Assembly (NCBI RefSeq): GCF_009914755.1
Contig: NC_060929.1
DNA length: 64,000 bases
Source of the DNA: the human T2T-CHM13v2.0 reference genome, Homo sapiens
Strand: one strand, 5' to 3'
Shown: positions 26,590 to 42,756 of the stretch, piece by piece
How positions within the stretch are numbered: the first letter of the stretch is position 1
Layout of the letters: the number at the start of each line of letters is the position of its first letter
Translations under genes and position numbers: made by a program
The notes under the pieces: generated by a model
Seen by the model: the letters and a program-made list of their open reading frames with translations, nothing else
Database searches by the model: none
What the model was told of the DNA's origin: nothing

Positions 26590-29500
26590 AAGGAGGCAGA
26601 TTTAAGAAATGGTTAAGAAGTAGAATCATTAAACTCACGTACCCCCTGATGGCCCTGGGGGAGTAGGTGGAAAAGCATACAAATTGGACAGCACACTATC
26701 TGAAACCACGTAAGGGCATGGGTCCTTTTTTGACAAATTATTTTGAATGAAAAAACTTTTGTTGAAATAATGTCCAGCAAGCAAATTGTAGCTCTTTACA
26801 TCTGTTAACAAGGGTTTGATTACAGACATTCTTCAATTTTTTAACAAAGGAATGTATATTGTGAATCAAAGGTGGATTGAAGACAGAAATGCAATCCAAT
26901 CATTCTGTGAGCACTTTCCAATCAGACCTCCCCTTGTTGAAGATGAAGCAGTCGTCATTTATGGACTATTCCGAATGACTAAGTATTTACCTCTTGCTCA
27001 GATAGCTTCCCTAGAAACACTTCCTTTGGTGTGAGCAACTTGGATTTACTGCCAGGGCAACACCTCCCATCCAACGCCCACACTGCCTCTTGGCTGGGTC
27101 CTCACCAGCAGGTGTTCATAAGCAGTATTTTGTTTTGCTTCTATTAAGAGTGTAGGCTTTGAAAAGCATCGTCTGAACGTATCACCCATTATACTTTCAC
27201 TTACAAGTGTTCTTATGGGGAGATCTGAAACCTTGGCGTCTCAAGGATCAGGAAGACAAAGACTGCCTTTTCTCATGCAAGGCCACACCTATGTTTTCCA
27301 TTAGAAGGAGGGGCAGGCAAATCCTGGGCAAGGTCAAAATATAAAGTCTCTCCCAGTGCATGGCGGTGCACTCCCTGGGGATCTGTTAAAACCTCTTTTG
27401 TGTGTTTTGGAAGGTGTTACGGTGAAACTGCCTGCTGCTAGCTGAGTTTGAGAACAGTGACCCTGACAAGTGCCTTACAGGAGTTTATCAAGTGGAGAAC
27501 ACCATTTAGAACACCACTCACTGAGATGCAGCTCTTATCTGTGCCTGTCAGTGAACAATGTTCAATCGCAGATCACAGTTGTTAGCAGAGCTAATTACAG
27601 CAGTCTCAGGTGAGAAGAATCCCAGCAACTGCCTCTAAGGGACTTCCATCACAGGGGCTTCGCAGGTAAGCAACGAAAATAGCCCCTTGGGGGATCTATA
27701 AACAACAGTTCTCTGCAACTCTGAACATGGACTCATCCACAGTTGGTGAGAGATCATGTTCAAAAGAGAACCACCAAAGGGAGAAGGAGGAAAGGGATGC
27801 TTAAAGCCAGGAAGGGAAATGTTCTGGATTAAATAAGAGCAGAACTGGGTATTTATTATTCCTTGGGCTGTCTGACTCACTGCATAACCTTATAAAGTCA
27901 TTTCCTCTTTCTGGGACTCACTGTTCTCATCTCAAAAATAAGGATAGTAATACCTGCCCTATTTATATCACGGGATTGCTGACAGAATAAAATAAAATAA
28001 AATATGTATTTTTAAAAATAAAAGCTGGGGAAAACTAGAAAATACAGCTTTAGGTAGAGTAACTGATTCCCTTTGTCTTATTTCACATTTTACTTATAAA
28101 TGATGGAAGGGAACAACAACAAATATTGGTGCTATTACAGAATCCTAGATTTCAGTTTCTCATGCCTCCAGTTTTTTGTGGTTTGCACATCTTCAGATTT
28201 GCCTCTCCCTCCCCAATTTGTTCTCAGCATCAGTTCTGGGGTAAACTCAGGCTCCAGTTTGAGGAGGAGAGGAAGATCCCAAGAATCTGAAGAGGCCAAG
28301 CCCCTGTATTTTTTTAGTCTCTTGTCTTTGTGTCTCCTGCTGCAGCCCACGTCTTGAGGGCCTCCTCCCAAGTCCTGAAGGTGAATCCTGCCTGTGGGAT
28401 ACCTGGTTTGCTGGGGACGTTGGCCCTGAATGAGAATTTCTAATGTCAAATTGGGACTTAAGAAGATATCTCTAGAACAGAACCAAAAAGAATCTGTAAC
28501 AACGTGCCCTAAACATGTCTTAGGCTGGGTCTGTAACTACATTCTTGTTCCTGCTGAAAATCGCAGCATCCTTCTAACCAAGCAAGGCACGTCCACTTAT
28601 CTGATGGTGCTGTCAGTGACAGAAAGGGATCATATTATGGATTTGGCAGGGAGGAAAAATATTTATTTCCAAATTTTGAAGATTTATCTTTTCCAGATAT
28701 GCAAAACCAGTCAGAATATTAAAAAAAAAAATCAATGAAAAGTGATCATGTTTTGTGAGCAGAAGGAATCATTCTTGAATTCAAAATAATAATGAAGACT
28801 TATAAGGATCTCAAATCCATGATAAAACAAATGATTTGACAATAGCAAGTGAGTAGGACTACCAAACCCTTAACTGCCCCCTTATGGTGAAGCGATGTCT
28901 CCATTTAATGAATGTGTTCCATTAAATGTTTAAATTTCCCCTTTTCTTTTCTCCTCTCCGCTGTTTAGTTTTTTTTCAATGTTCAGCATAACTAAAAAGT
29001 CTTAAGTAGGGAATTGCACATAATTATAGGCTCCACACCAATGACAAAGTCATGCCTCTTCTTAAGTATTCATAATCATTTTTGTACTCTTCTTTCCTCC
29101 TCTGGACAATTTAGTTAGAATGACAGCAGTGTCCTTTATTTCTCTTGAAGGCATCTGCTGGTCTCACTTTGTGTACAGGTCATAAAACATCAAGAAACAC
29201 AGTAATGTATTTTTCATGTAGTCACATATACATAAATTTTTAAAAAACACTGCTTTAAATGAATAGAACAAAAGTGGGAGGGAGTAACTAAATTTTATCT
29301 ATTAAAGTTATTTGGTGAGTTAAGAATGTTTAAAAGACTATCTTTCCAACTCAAAGGCTGTGACCACCCTGAACATGCTGGCTTGTCCTGCCAGCTGACA
29401 AGTTGTTTTGTGCTGTTAGGTGTCAACTCAGTGACATCCTTTGCTCTCTCAACCTTTCCTTTATTACTGGCTTAGTGAAATCTGACATTGATAAGAACCC

Positions 29501-30849
29501 TAACTTGAGAATGCTTCACAGAGCAGGATCATTGCCAAATTCAGGAGTCTTGCTAGTTTGCAAGATGAGAGAATCCATGCAGAACAAAAGGCTGATACTA
29601 AAAGTCAGCAATCACAATGGGAATCAATCCCACAATCTGATTTCTAAATATCTTAATCTCCTCTGACCTTAAAAGAGTGAAATTGGCCTAATTTTGAGAA
29701 TATCTTTACAAGAAAACACAGGGTAAGGTGGAGTGAAATCCTAAAACATAGCTCTTCTGGCAGTTCTTTCCCAACTTCTGACATCTCTTTTTTACCCAGA
29801 TTATGCATCAATGCCCATTTTCTCTTTGTAGCATTAAATTCATAACAAAGAACATACAGCAAATGCCTCATTTACCTGGTCCAGGATTAAGTCTTTCTGA
29901 ATATAGGACTTTCTCAGGTGACAGTTAACCTAGTCTCATGATGCAAATGTACATTTTAACTCATTTTTAAGGGAAGCGTTTTCTAAAATTTATTTCCCTC
30001 TCTGTTGCCTTAGTGGCCAGGCCACGGGTTGACCTTGTTGTGAGGACTCAGGACCACCACTGAGGTCTTCTGTGCAATGCAATGCTGCAACAAAGCCATC
30101 AGGGTTTCTGAGGAGAGCTGGGTCACAGGGTATTCTAAGTAGCACAATGAGGCCATGGGCTCAATTTGCCTTTAACTTGTATCATCTAAACTTTTTGGTG
30201 TTCTCAAATCATTAACAAAAGTTCCAATTAATATTTGGCCTACAGTATTTCTAAGGATAGAAAGTTTTCCATCAGGAATTCCGTTCAAATATACCATTTC
30301 AGCATAAAGAAGGGATGCCCATGACTCTCAATATAGGCCTATGGTTGGATTCTTCTTATTACTACTAGTCTATTAGCTGGCACTCCTATGTGCTGCTTCT
30401 CCTCTTTTGTATGACATTAATATTAATATTAATATTTCCCCTTTCCCTGAAGCTTTATGTCCTTGTAGACTTTAGAATTCAGAGGTTTAGCTTTGGTAGT
30501 CATCTTTGAACCTGAGAGAGGAGGTAAAATGCAAAATGTCAGTGCCTAAGCTGAAGACCGATCGAATGAGGCCATTCTCTCTTGATTATGTCTCCATGCT
30601 CAACATGAATTTCTGTGTCAATAGAGAGGTACCAAATCTGTTCCAGGTGCAGGATTTTGGGTCACAGCATCAAAGTATCCTGTCTCTATGGTGAACAAGA
30701 GTCATGGGTCTGGTGCGCATATCTGTGGACTATAATGGGTTACTATGGTTTACTCTCCAGTGTCAGGGTCACTTTTGAGGCCTCTGAACTCTCCTCCCCA
30801 CAATTCAGCCAAAAGCCAGGTAGAATGTTATGGCTACCTCATTCTATGC

Positions 30850-30996
30850 TTTTTTTTTTTTTTTTTTTCCTTTTTCTGGAGAACGGGGTCTTGCTATATT
30901 GCCCAGGCAGGTCTCGAACTCCTGGGCTCAAGCTATACTCCCACCTCTTGCCTCCCTGAGAGCTGGCATTACAGGCATGAGCCACCGTGCCCGGCC
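30850..30996 (-). mobile_element. FLAM_C-like Alu monomer
   Basis: Poly-T plus monomer; perfect 15-bp TSD GGCTACCTCATTCTA 30832-30846 / 30997-31011. Confidence 0.88.
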
Positions 30997-31250
30997 GGCT
31001 ACCTCATTCTAGTACTGCCCCAACACTGCCTGCCATTTTTGGGTGCTGAGCTAATCAATTACCTCTGGTCTTTAGCTCCTTTCTGGATGTCGTTTCTTAG
31101 TGGGTCAAATGAGATATATAAAAACTTCCTAAAAAATGGATACTTTGCTGTCTTTTCTGTATCTTTCAGTTATCATCCCACCACAATTTTCTTTTAGTTT
31201 ACCTCTTCCCTCTCCACAAAAGTTGTTCTCAATAAGGTCAAGGAAACATT

Positions 31251-31730
31251 TGTATTCATTTTCTATTGCTGCTGTACCAAATTATCACAAACTTGGCTTA
31301 AAACAACACAAATTTATTCTCTCATAGTTCTATAGGCCAGAAGTCAGAAATCAGTTTCACAGAACTAAAGTAAACGTGTCAGCAGGGCTTGCTCCTTCGG
31401 GAGGCTATAGGGGATAATCTGTTTTCTTTTTCTTTTCTTAGCTTCTGGAGGCCATTCACATTCCTTGGCTCATGGCTGCTTTCTTGTATCACTCCAACCT
31501 TTTGCTTCCATTGTCGAATTTCCTACTCTCTTTTCCCTAGTCAAATCTCCTTCTGACTCCCTCTTATAGAGACACCTGTGATTACATTAGGACCTGCTTA
31601 GATAATGCAATATAATTTTCCCATCTCAAGATCCTTAACTTAAATCTGCAAAGTCCTTTATGCATATAAGTGACAGGTTCCAGGAATTAGGACCTGGGTA
31701 TCTTTGGGGACTATTCTTCCTATAGCAGCA
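31251..31730 (-). mobile_element. MLT1 (MaLR) LTR
   Basis: TGTATTCATTTTCTATTGCTGCTGTACCAAATTATCACAAACTTGGCTTAAAACAACACAAATTTATTCTCTCATAGTTCT...AAATCTGCAAAGTCC. Confidence 0.8.
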
Positions 31731-33750
31731 CTGATTTTCTAATTTTCAAATCTGATGTCTTCTGTTCAGTCCTCATCCTAACTCTCTTGCTATTTGATAC
31801 TGTCAGTTACTCTGGGAAAAGCTCCTCCCTGACTTTCATGATTATTTTCCTCTGATACGATATCTTTATTGTCTGTCTCTCCCTTAAAATGCAAGACTCT
31901 GAGAGTAGGAATCCTGGCTATCTTGTTTGTTGTTTTATCCCCAGTGCTTGGAATAATACCTGCCACTATCAAATCACAAAAGGCATCACGTAATGTAAAT
32001 TGGATGAGCTTCTCCCATTCCTAGTTCCACCACCACTCTCTCATTTTCCTTCACTAGCAACTTCCTCTATTCTCATGGGTCAAGATTAGTATTCTCCATG
32101 GTTTGGGAATAGCTTGCTTTTCTCCTTATATGCCAGGTGGCCACATTTCCAACCATACTCAGTGGGCTCTCAAATGTATACCTTAACCCCAGACCTTTGT
32201 TTTGCACTTCTAACTTTTATCTTTACCTTGATATCCCACAAGCATGGAGAATTCACCATGTCTTACCTTTCCCATCCACCAAGCACAGCCCAAAACTAAC
32301 TTTTCCTTCCTCTTACATTCTCTGCCTCAGGGAATAAAAAGTATCAGAATTCACCCAGTAGTGTAAGCAAGAAAACTGGGAGTTATCCCAGAATCCATGC
32401 TTTCTCTCTACTCCCCTCTCCACATCACTACCGACCCATCCAGTCAGTCATGAAGTTTTGTCAACCTCACTCCTAAATATCTCCTGATATCTCTTTCTGT
32501 CTGACTCCCATTGCTTTGGTTCATGTCCTTATTACTCCTATGGAGTAGGATATAAGTGAACTTACCAATGTGTCCCTCCTGACTTCTCTTGAGTATGGTA
32601 GAATGTCACATTCTTAAGCTTTTTGGAGGCGTGCCAGAGTTGCTGGTCATTGCCTGTCCTGCTTCTGGCCTCTGCCAGTGGGCAGTGACTGTGATTTGCA
32701 TACCGCTTCCATAGCCAGTTGGCCCAGGGATAGGCTTCTGTCCTAAAGGTGGCTCCTTCTATAGATTTGGTCAGCCAACTTAGGTCATGGGTGCCTGGTT
32801 GTAAAATATAAGCTGAGTAAAATTCCTTTTAGGATTTCAGAATAGAGAAGCCTGAGAGGCTCAGGGTGCTGTATTGCTGAACAGAAAGGTTAGCAGTAAT
32901 GATGGGCATAAGCAGGCTGCAGCTATGAGGAAGCAGATAGTGTGTGTAAGCAGGGGAGCTGTGAGCCAGGAGAGAACAAGGAAGAAAATAAGCCAAGGCA
33001 CTGTGAGAAGGGTGATGTTTCAGTTTTGGGTGGTTCTTTAATTGTACTTCTGAAGCCTGGCTGTATTGTGATTCCTACTGTCAGATGTCCATGAGATTGC
33101 TGCATTATTTAAAAAACCCCAGTCTGAGTATACCCTTGTTTCGTGCAATAAACTGGCCAAAGAGCTATGTGTTCCAGTAAGCTCATAATGTTATGAAGAG
33201 ACATGTGGAAGAAAGAGGCACTATTCTAGAGCAGCAATATGAAGTCCCAAACTATTCCACTCCTTCATAAGGCATTAGCTTGAAGGGGGAAAAAAAGGAA
33301 GCTTGTATCACCTTTTCCTTTGGAGGTGAATGATGAGCTTCTTATATCAAAGTTAATCTTTATATAAAAACAAATTGATCTTTGCAAACATAATTTCAGA
33401 AAGGAAAAGTAATTGCTGCTACAAACATCACATGAAAATCACAGTAATAGGTGACATAACACTGATACTTGACAGTGGGATAATCAAACCACCTTTTAGA
33501 TGCCATGTTTGTAGGTATCTACCTTTCATTTTGCCAGCTGTTGGGACCCATGGGTTTGCTGAAGATCTGCAGGATTCCTAGTCACATGACCATATTCCTC
33601 TCTGAAATAAGAATTGATGAGTAAGTTTATTGAAGAGCTATAGGTTAAAACCAACATTAGGTATATGTAACCAATACTCTAAATATGGGATACCTTCAGA
33701 AAGCATCTTTCTGTCTCCCTCTATTCCTATATATTTGGTGGATGAATTTT

Positions 33751-33996
<246 letters not shown>

Positions 33997-34325
33997 CTAT
34001 GGGAGAAAGAAAAAGTGGAGAGGGGTGAGAATGTTCTTATTTCAGTGGTGGAGTTGTATACTGGCCTACTTTCTGGACCCAATAAACAGTTAAAGCAGAC
34101 CACACTTGGTACAGGCTGTGCAGGTTATTGGGAGACTGTACCAATTACTGGCGATGTCTTGCCTGCAGTTCCCTGATTTGGGCAAATGGGCTCTCCATTC
34201 GAGCAGACCCCTCAGCCCCTCGGAACCCAGTGTTTCCCTCTGGGTATCCCCTTCTGAGGCCTGCCTGCAACGAAGGTGCCCTCATACCAGTCCCCTCTCA
34301 CATTTGGTTCATATTTGGTCCATGA

Positions 34326-34328
<3 letters not shown>

Positions 34329-34368
<40 letters not shown>
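34329..34368 (+). repeat. (CA)20 microsatellite, read as (UG)20 on the C5orf63 pre-mRNA
   Basis: Perfect dinucleotide array. Confidence 0.97.
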
Positions 34369-34372
<4 letters not shown>

Positions 34373-35745
34373 TACTTTACTTCCCTGGGACAAACTCAGA
34401 GAAACAGCATCAGCTGCCTTCACTGTACAGCCAAATCTGCTTGCTAAACTATCTCTTGCCTGATTTCCCAGGAGAGTTAGACCGCTATGTTCTTCTTACC
34501 CAAGGACATACATTCGCTTTCCAGTGAGTCCAACTTATGCCCCTCCCTCTTGATATGAAGTGACTCCCAACCTTTCTACTTTGGTAGAAAATTAGTGAGA
34601 GGACATCTTATTTTTAAAAAACTCCTCCAAAGATCCTCTCTCCCAGGTCTATAATAATCCTCCACATGATCTAGTATTTCCTTGAAATGTAGCATCTATT
34701 GTTTCTTAGTGCCTTAGCCAGTACTTTAGTTTGAGCATCCTATATCATGGGATTCTTGTTTGAAATTCTAGTGTCAGAAATTTGTTGCTGAAATACTGTT
34801 TCACCTTTAGTCTCTGCACTTCCTGCACACTATAACCACATGGTTATACTCAGGTAAGAAGTGCTCCAAGAGAACAAACGTCTCTAGGCTTTCTGGCCAG
34901 CCATGCTTTTTGAAGGGAACCAATGGATTTTCTCCATCTTAGTTGAGCAGACACTGAAAGAAACTCTTGGAACCTTTCCAACTGGTGGTCTAGGAGAAGA
35001 ATCAGCAACCTGGGTCCTAGGGGCTACACAATTCTCACCCTGCCTGGAGAAGGCAGGAATGAACACAGGACACCCAGACACACAAGTGGAGGACTTTGTC
35101 TGTGGCATCCCTGGTTGTATTGAGAGTGGGATTGTCCTACAGGACTACTAGAAGGGACTGTTGAGCTCAGCATGCTTAAGGACAGGAAGAAGGACTGCAA
35201 CAGGCTGGGGTAGGGAGGCCAGACACCCCTGAGTAGTCAGGAGTCAGAAGGACTGACTATGGATAAAGGCAGGAAGCATGGGAGGCTACTGATGCTGGGC
35301 CAAAAGCACATTAGCTAAGGCCTTCACAATATGGATCCCAATCTACCTTGCCAGTCTCATCTCCTTCACTCTCCTCCCCTTTACTCCAGCCACACAAAGC
35401 CACCTAGCATTTCCTGAATATGCTGTGTCCTTCCACACCCTCATATTTTACATATACTGTTCCCTTGTAGAATACCCTCCTTACTCCCAATCCCCATCCA
35501 TTGCTTCTATTCAGCCATCAAGACCTAGCTTAAGTCTAATTTTCTGTGAATCATTCCTGCTACTTTTCCCACCTGGTACCATTTGACATGTGTCAGTTCC
35601 AGCCCTCATTGCACTATGCTGTGCTTTATTCACTTGTCTCTCCTTGCTCCTTAATAGATAGTGAGTATCTCAAAGACAAGGACTATGATTTATTCATTTC
35701 TGTACTCCCATCACCTACTACGGTGCTTCAATGCTGTAAGGACTT

Positions 35746-36330
35746 GTATTCATTCTCTACTGCTATGTAACAAATTATCATACATTTAGCAGTTTAAAAC
35801 AAGACATATTTATTGTCTTTCAGTTTCTGTAAACCAGAAGTCTATGCTTGGTGTGGCTGGATTCTTGGATTAGAGTCTCACTGAGCTGAAATCAAGATGT
35901 TGGTCAAGGCTGCAGTTCTCATCTGTCGTTGGGGATCCTCTTCTAAGCTTACTGATTATTGGCAGAATTCATTTCCTTGAAGCTATAGGACTGATGTCCC
36001 CATCTTCCTGCTAGTTTTTGGCCGAGAATTACTCAGTTCCCAGAGGCTACCCAGTTTCTTGCCATGTGGTTCCACTAGGCAATTCACATGATGCTTGCTT
36101 TCTTCCAGGCTTGCTAGAGCACATCTCTCTACTTTCCTCTTTATAACTAACCAGAGAGAATTCTCTGCTTTTAAAGGGCTCACCCAGTTACGTCAGGCCC
36201 AGCCAGGATAATTTCCCTTTTGCCATATAATGTAACATAATCACAGCAGTGATATTTCCACCCACACTCAAAGGGACAGGGAATTATCCAAGAGTGGGGA
36301 TCACTGGGGTTATCCTAGAATTCTGCCCAC
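35746..36330 (-). mobile_element. MLT1 (MaLR) LTR
   Basis: TGTATTCATTCTCTACTGCTATGTAACAAATT...GCTGAAATCAAG...GGCAGAATTCATTTCC...TAGAATTCTGCC. Confidence 0.75.
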
Positions 36331-36414
36331 CCCAGGGCTCAATATTTATGTCAAATAAATGTTCCAGAAATTTGTAAATGATAAACACTGCTATTCAATT
36401 GCTAAGATTTTGTT

Positions 36415-36548
36415 CTTTTCTCTTTTATTTTTTTTTTTTAAGAGACACAGTCTCACTATGTTGCTCAGGCTGGACTCAAACTTCTGGGCTCTTCTGCCTC
36501 AGCCTCTCAAGTAGCTGGGACTATAGGCATGTACCACTGTACTCAGCT
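36415..36548 (-). mobile_element. Alu monomer fragment
   Basis: Poly-T, AGAGACACAGTCTCACTATGTTGCTCAGGCTGG...CCTCAGCCTCTCAAGTAGCTGGGACTA. Confidence 0.8.
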
Positions 36549-37398
36549 TAAAAGGCTTTTTAAGTTGATTCCAGATTTGTGTTGGATCCAAAATGGTTGG
36601 GGATGCTGTATGTGAGATAACAGGAGCCCCCTGCAATGAGTCCAGAGAGTACTGGAAATCTGGGGCTGTGGGGCAAGACCTGGCCTGCCAACTGACTGGC
36701 TGTGTGACCTTGGGTTACGTCCCTGATATTCTCTGAATTTCAGATTTCTCCTCATATATAAAATGGGAGTGGGACTAGACAATGTCTAAGGTCAGCTAGC
36801 TCTAATATTCTACACTAAGACTGAATCATCCTGATCAAATTAAAATCTAGTGACTCACAATATCCAAATTCATTCAAATAGTTTAAAAAATAATTTCATT
36901 ATACATGGAATTGCAGTGGTAAGATTTTAAGAGGAAAGACAGTTTTGTTTTCAAGTGAATCCATTTCTACACTGGCTTAATCTGACTAAATATAAATAAG
37001 GGTACGCAAATACATTTCTAACACTTTACATAGAATGGCAAAGAGTATTTTATCTTTAGATGACATATTTAGGAGTGACTTTTTCCAAGATATTAAAATT
37101 TGACTTAAAAAAACCTACTGTCTTAAAATAAGTTGAATTAACTCAATTGATGGTAACTGAATAACTATGAAAGGCAGTCCTCAAATACTACAAATGAATT
37201 CAATGACTGTGTAGAGAATGTTGAGATTTTTATATACATTTAAGGAGTTTAAGTTTTTCTTTTGTTTTTCTCAAATGATGCCTCTTTGGCTAGGATAATA
37301 ATTCTCTTCTACTCAACAAAAATGAACTCTAATTTTAAACAGGTATTATTAAATCCCACTGAATAGGCTTCATGCAGATGTATTCCTTAAAACATCGC

Positions 37399-37404
37399 TT
37401 TATT
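37399..37404 (-). terminator. Candidate polyadenylation signal AATAAA for the short C5orf63 isoform
   Basis: + strand TTTATT about 445 nt after the TGA; a second one lies at 37462-37467; actual usage cannot be seen. Confidence 0.45.
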
Positions 37405-37847
37405 GACCGTGCACAGTTATTAACAATTCACATTTCACTTTATCTACTGAGTGGAAGAGCATTTATTCTTTCATTAAAAAGTTAAGCCCTCCGGGGCAGC
37501 AGCAGGAATGCAGAACCTTCTTCCTATAAATGGCATTGCCCAGTGACTGTGAAGTGCTTCTCTATTAATACAAAAAGGATAAATAAGACAAATGGACTTC
37601 TCCCTCCCTCCATCATCTCCCTCCCTGCTAATATGCTCTTCTTATTTTATAAAATGCCATTAAGCAAACAGTTCCCACACTGATACTTCCATCAACCAAA
37701 AGGGGAATGTCAACATTTATTTGGCACCACTGAATTCAGAACATCCTTAGGGCTCTGTACAAGTGACAAAATGAGTATCAGGCCATGGTCATTTCCTTAG
37801 GAAGATGCTTTATGGGAAGAGAGGGTGGAAAATCATGAGGGCATCAG

Positions 37848-38024
37848 TCAGCCTCCAGTACTTTGCTGCTCAAGTTTCAGGAGCTGTTTTTCAAGTTTTG
37901 AGGTGTTTACTCGATGCATCATCAGAAACTGGCCATTCAAGTGAAAGACAGGAATATCAAATTTATACCTTTCATACCAGACAGAGTTTTCTGGAAGTGT
38001 GATGTTCACCTCCTGTAAAATGAA
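37848..38024 (-). CDS. C5orf63: C5orf63 proximal last coding exon, FILQEVNIT...DIPVFHLNG...QQSTGG* (completes the 115-aa glutaredoxin-like protein)
   Basis: Acceptor TCTGTCTCTGTTTCAG|TTC at 38025-38026, phase 0; 58 codons + TGA; contains the thioredoxin-fold cis-Pro loop DIPV. Confidence 0.93.
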   Translation of the reverse strand, partial: FILQEVNITLPENSVWYERYKFDIPVFHLNGQFLMMHRVNTSKLEKQLLKLEQQSTGG

Positions 38025-38689
38025 CTGAAACAGAGACAGACTAAAGCTCTGTATTTTAGACCATGGGGTGATGTAACAGCTGCAGTGATAAACTGATCCC
38101 CAGACCATTTCTAATGCCATTTTCCTTATAGTTGTTTGTTTGTTTTAGGTCCACAGTGATCTAATGTCCCTGATTTCCAAAACTTGACTGGTTTCATTAT
38201 ATTCTCTACTTCCTGATCTTGCTGCTTTTCTGTTACCCCTGTTACATTCAGCATCAGGACAGTACTCAGTTCCAATGAAATAAAACATGTCCCAGTTGGG
38301 AAGCTGACTGAGAATCAGGACAGAAATGTTTTGGTTACAGGAACTGGAAAGGTGTGATGGTGTGTTACGTGAAAACACATCAGTGCAAACTGCAAAACAA
38401 GATAAAAGGAATGGGGCAAAAGTTTAAAGAAAACATGAATGCTGCACCTGCTAGTTAACTTTGACTCAGTAAGAGCCAGAGTAAGAAAACCAGTACTGCT
38501 CAGAGGAAAACACTTAGGTGTAATGAGTTTTATGGTAATAAGCACTAAACTCTCTCTCTGAAGAACAGAAAGAAAATTTAAAAGAAAAATCATTTAATCT
38601 CTTTTCCTAAAGGAAGGATCCAGGCAGATACTTTATACCACATCTAATATGCAATCCATATACATAAAAGCCACACTGTATTATATTAC

Positions 38690-38746
38690 CCTGTTTTCAT
38701 AAGGCTTGAGTACTTCCTTGGCTTCATCACAAAGGGGGCATGGGTC
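38690..38746 (-). CDS. C5orf63: C5orf63 coding exon DPCPLCDEAKEVLKPYENR (CxxC active site)
   Basis: 57-nt exon, acceptor TTTTCTTCCTGTAG|GAC, donor AGG|GTAATA, phase 0/0; CPLC motif typical of DUF836 glutaredoxin-like proteins. Confidence 0.95.
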
Positions 38747-39437
38747 CTACAGGAAGAAAAAAAACCCAAGCGATTAAACCCAAAGAATGGCATTTGCCCT
38801 TACAAAAACAAAACAAAACAAAAAACCCATAAGAGGCAGATTATACTTATTTTAAAGAATAGTTTTCTACCATGTTAGTTACACTGCTTTTCCAAAGTAA
38901 AACACTACCATAGAATCTTATAAATAACTAATATTTCATAGGCTCTGTGCATTTTTTTGGTTGTTTTGTTCTGATTTTTCTCCATAAATCAAGCCATCTA
39001 TCTATGTGTATATATAATACATACATATAGATGTTTCTCTTTTTCACTGATCTAAGGGCTTTGTCCTTCCTAGGTCAGGTGCACCCTTGTGGCCTCATAC
39101 AGTTGGCCTGGCTGACACCACGAGGATGGCTTAAAGTCTGCTCTGACTGAAAAGCACTGAGCCTTGCCAGCCTGTTTTTCCTAATCAGTCCACAGGAAGA
39201 AACCCATTAGGATGGAGTCAGATAGTAATTGCCTCATCTTTAAAAAGTAAAACAAATCTCTATTCACTTCAGATGATTATTGCACCGCCTGTTTTCTCAT
39301 TACAAGTGTCAACAATAGGTTTCCTGGACAAATTCTCCACCTGAAGAGCAAACAACTTTTAGTGTCCATTGTTTGCACTCATAAACCATCTAGCAGAGAA
39401 GTCTGTTGAGAATACTATGGATCGTCGGCAGATTTTA

Positions 39438-41502
<2,065 letters not shown>

Positions 41503-42390
41503 TGAGCTCAAAACAGACCCCAAATTACTTATGCTTATATAAAACCTTCTTTTTAACATGACAGGAAGAGATAAGCTATTATGTAAAAGAGAGGGCTTTC
41601 CTCCAGCTTAACTCACAGCTTGTTTTGAAATAAGAATCACACCATTAAAGGGTCTTTCTGGCCCTAATTTCCTAGAACAGAGAATTGGCTTATCATGTTA
41701 TTATTAGCATTAGCAATACATAGATTATGGATAGTTTGTAATGTTTTAAGATAAACATCCTAAAATTTTCAGAGAAAGTTTCAAAAACTCAACACAGGAT
41801 CTTAAAAGCAAAAAAAACCAAGAGCATGCTAAATTACAGAAGTACCAATTGTGCTAAAATTTTGCTTTTATATTAAGAACTTTAGAAGAATCTAGATTGG
41901 GTTTTTTGTTTTGTTTTGTTTTTTAGACCTGGGGTCCACAGAAGTCTATGCAAATTATACCTGAAAATATGTGTATATATTTTTATGAGGAAAGGCTCAT
42001 CAAATTTTAAAACAATAAAGAACCAAAAAAAGATACCAGTGGAATGGACCATTCAAATATCCTTCTCTAGGATTTTCCATGGCACTTGTTATTTACTCTG
42101 TCCCTAACCATAGTGGGCATTTGTTGGGTTGGCTGTCCACCACCCACTTCCCTTTCTTGTAGCAAGCGTGTTATAATATTGCTTCACAGGAACTACTCTC
42201 AGCATGTGGCTGACTCCATCCCAGAAAAACAAAGGTGAGAAACCTGACTTAGGCTCAGGCAATCAGTGCATCCTATCCCTCAAGAATGGGCCAATCAGAG
42301 CCAGTGGGTAGCTATAAGGCTTTTGCTGGAGTTTCTGTAGATGACTGAGATGTGAGATCTGAGGCTTGGGATGGCTGCAGTCATCCATGA

Positions 42391-42756
42391 TGAATTAGTC
42401 CGTTTTCATGCTGCTGATAAATATATACCCAAGACTGGGCAATTTATGAAAGAAAGAGGTTTATTGGACTTACAGTTCCACATGGCTGGGGAGGCCTCAT
42501 AATGATGGCGGAAGGCAAGGAGGAGCAAGTCACATCTTACATGGATGGCAGCAGGCAAAGAGAGACCTTGTGCTGAGAAACTCCTGTTTTCAAAACCATC
42601 AGATCTTGTGAGACCCATTCACTATCACAAGAACAGCACAGGAAAGACTCACCCCCATAATTCAATCATCTCCCACCAGGTGTCTCCCACAACATGTGGG
42701 AATTATGGGAGCTATAAGATGAGATTTGGGTGGGGACACAGAGCCAAACCATATCA
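42391..42756 (-). mobile_element. THE1 solo LTR nested in an older MLT-like fragment
   Basis: TG(A)ATTAGTCCGTTTTCATGCTGCTGATAAA...ACAGAGCCAAACCATATCA; 5-bp TSD CATGA 42386-42390 / 42757-42761. Confidence 0.9.

Noticed and set aside
26630-27620. Repeat-poor stretch with SOX-like (AACAAT) and TCF-like (ATCAAAG) words as a possible enhancer
   Set aside because: Short motifs occur by chance; conservation or chromatin data are needed and cannot be read from the sequence.
38025-38120. ORF-track N-terminal extension MALEMVWG... of the last C5orf63 exon
   Set aside because: Intronic read-through upstream of the clear acceptor at 38025-38026; the real N-terminus comes from the upstream exons.
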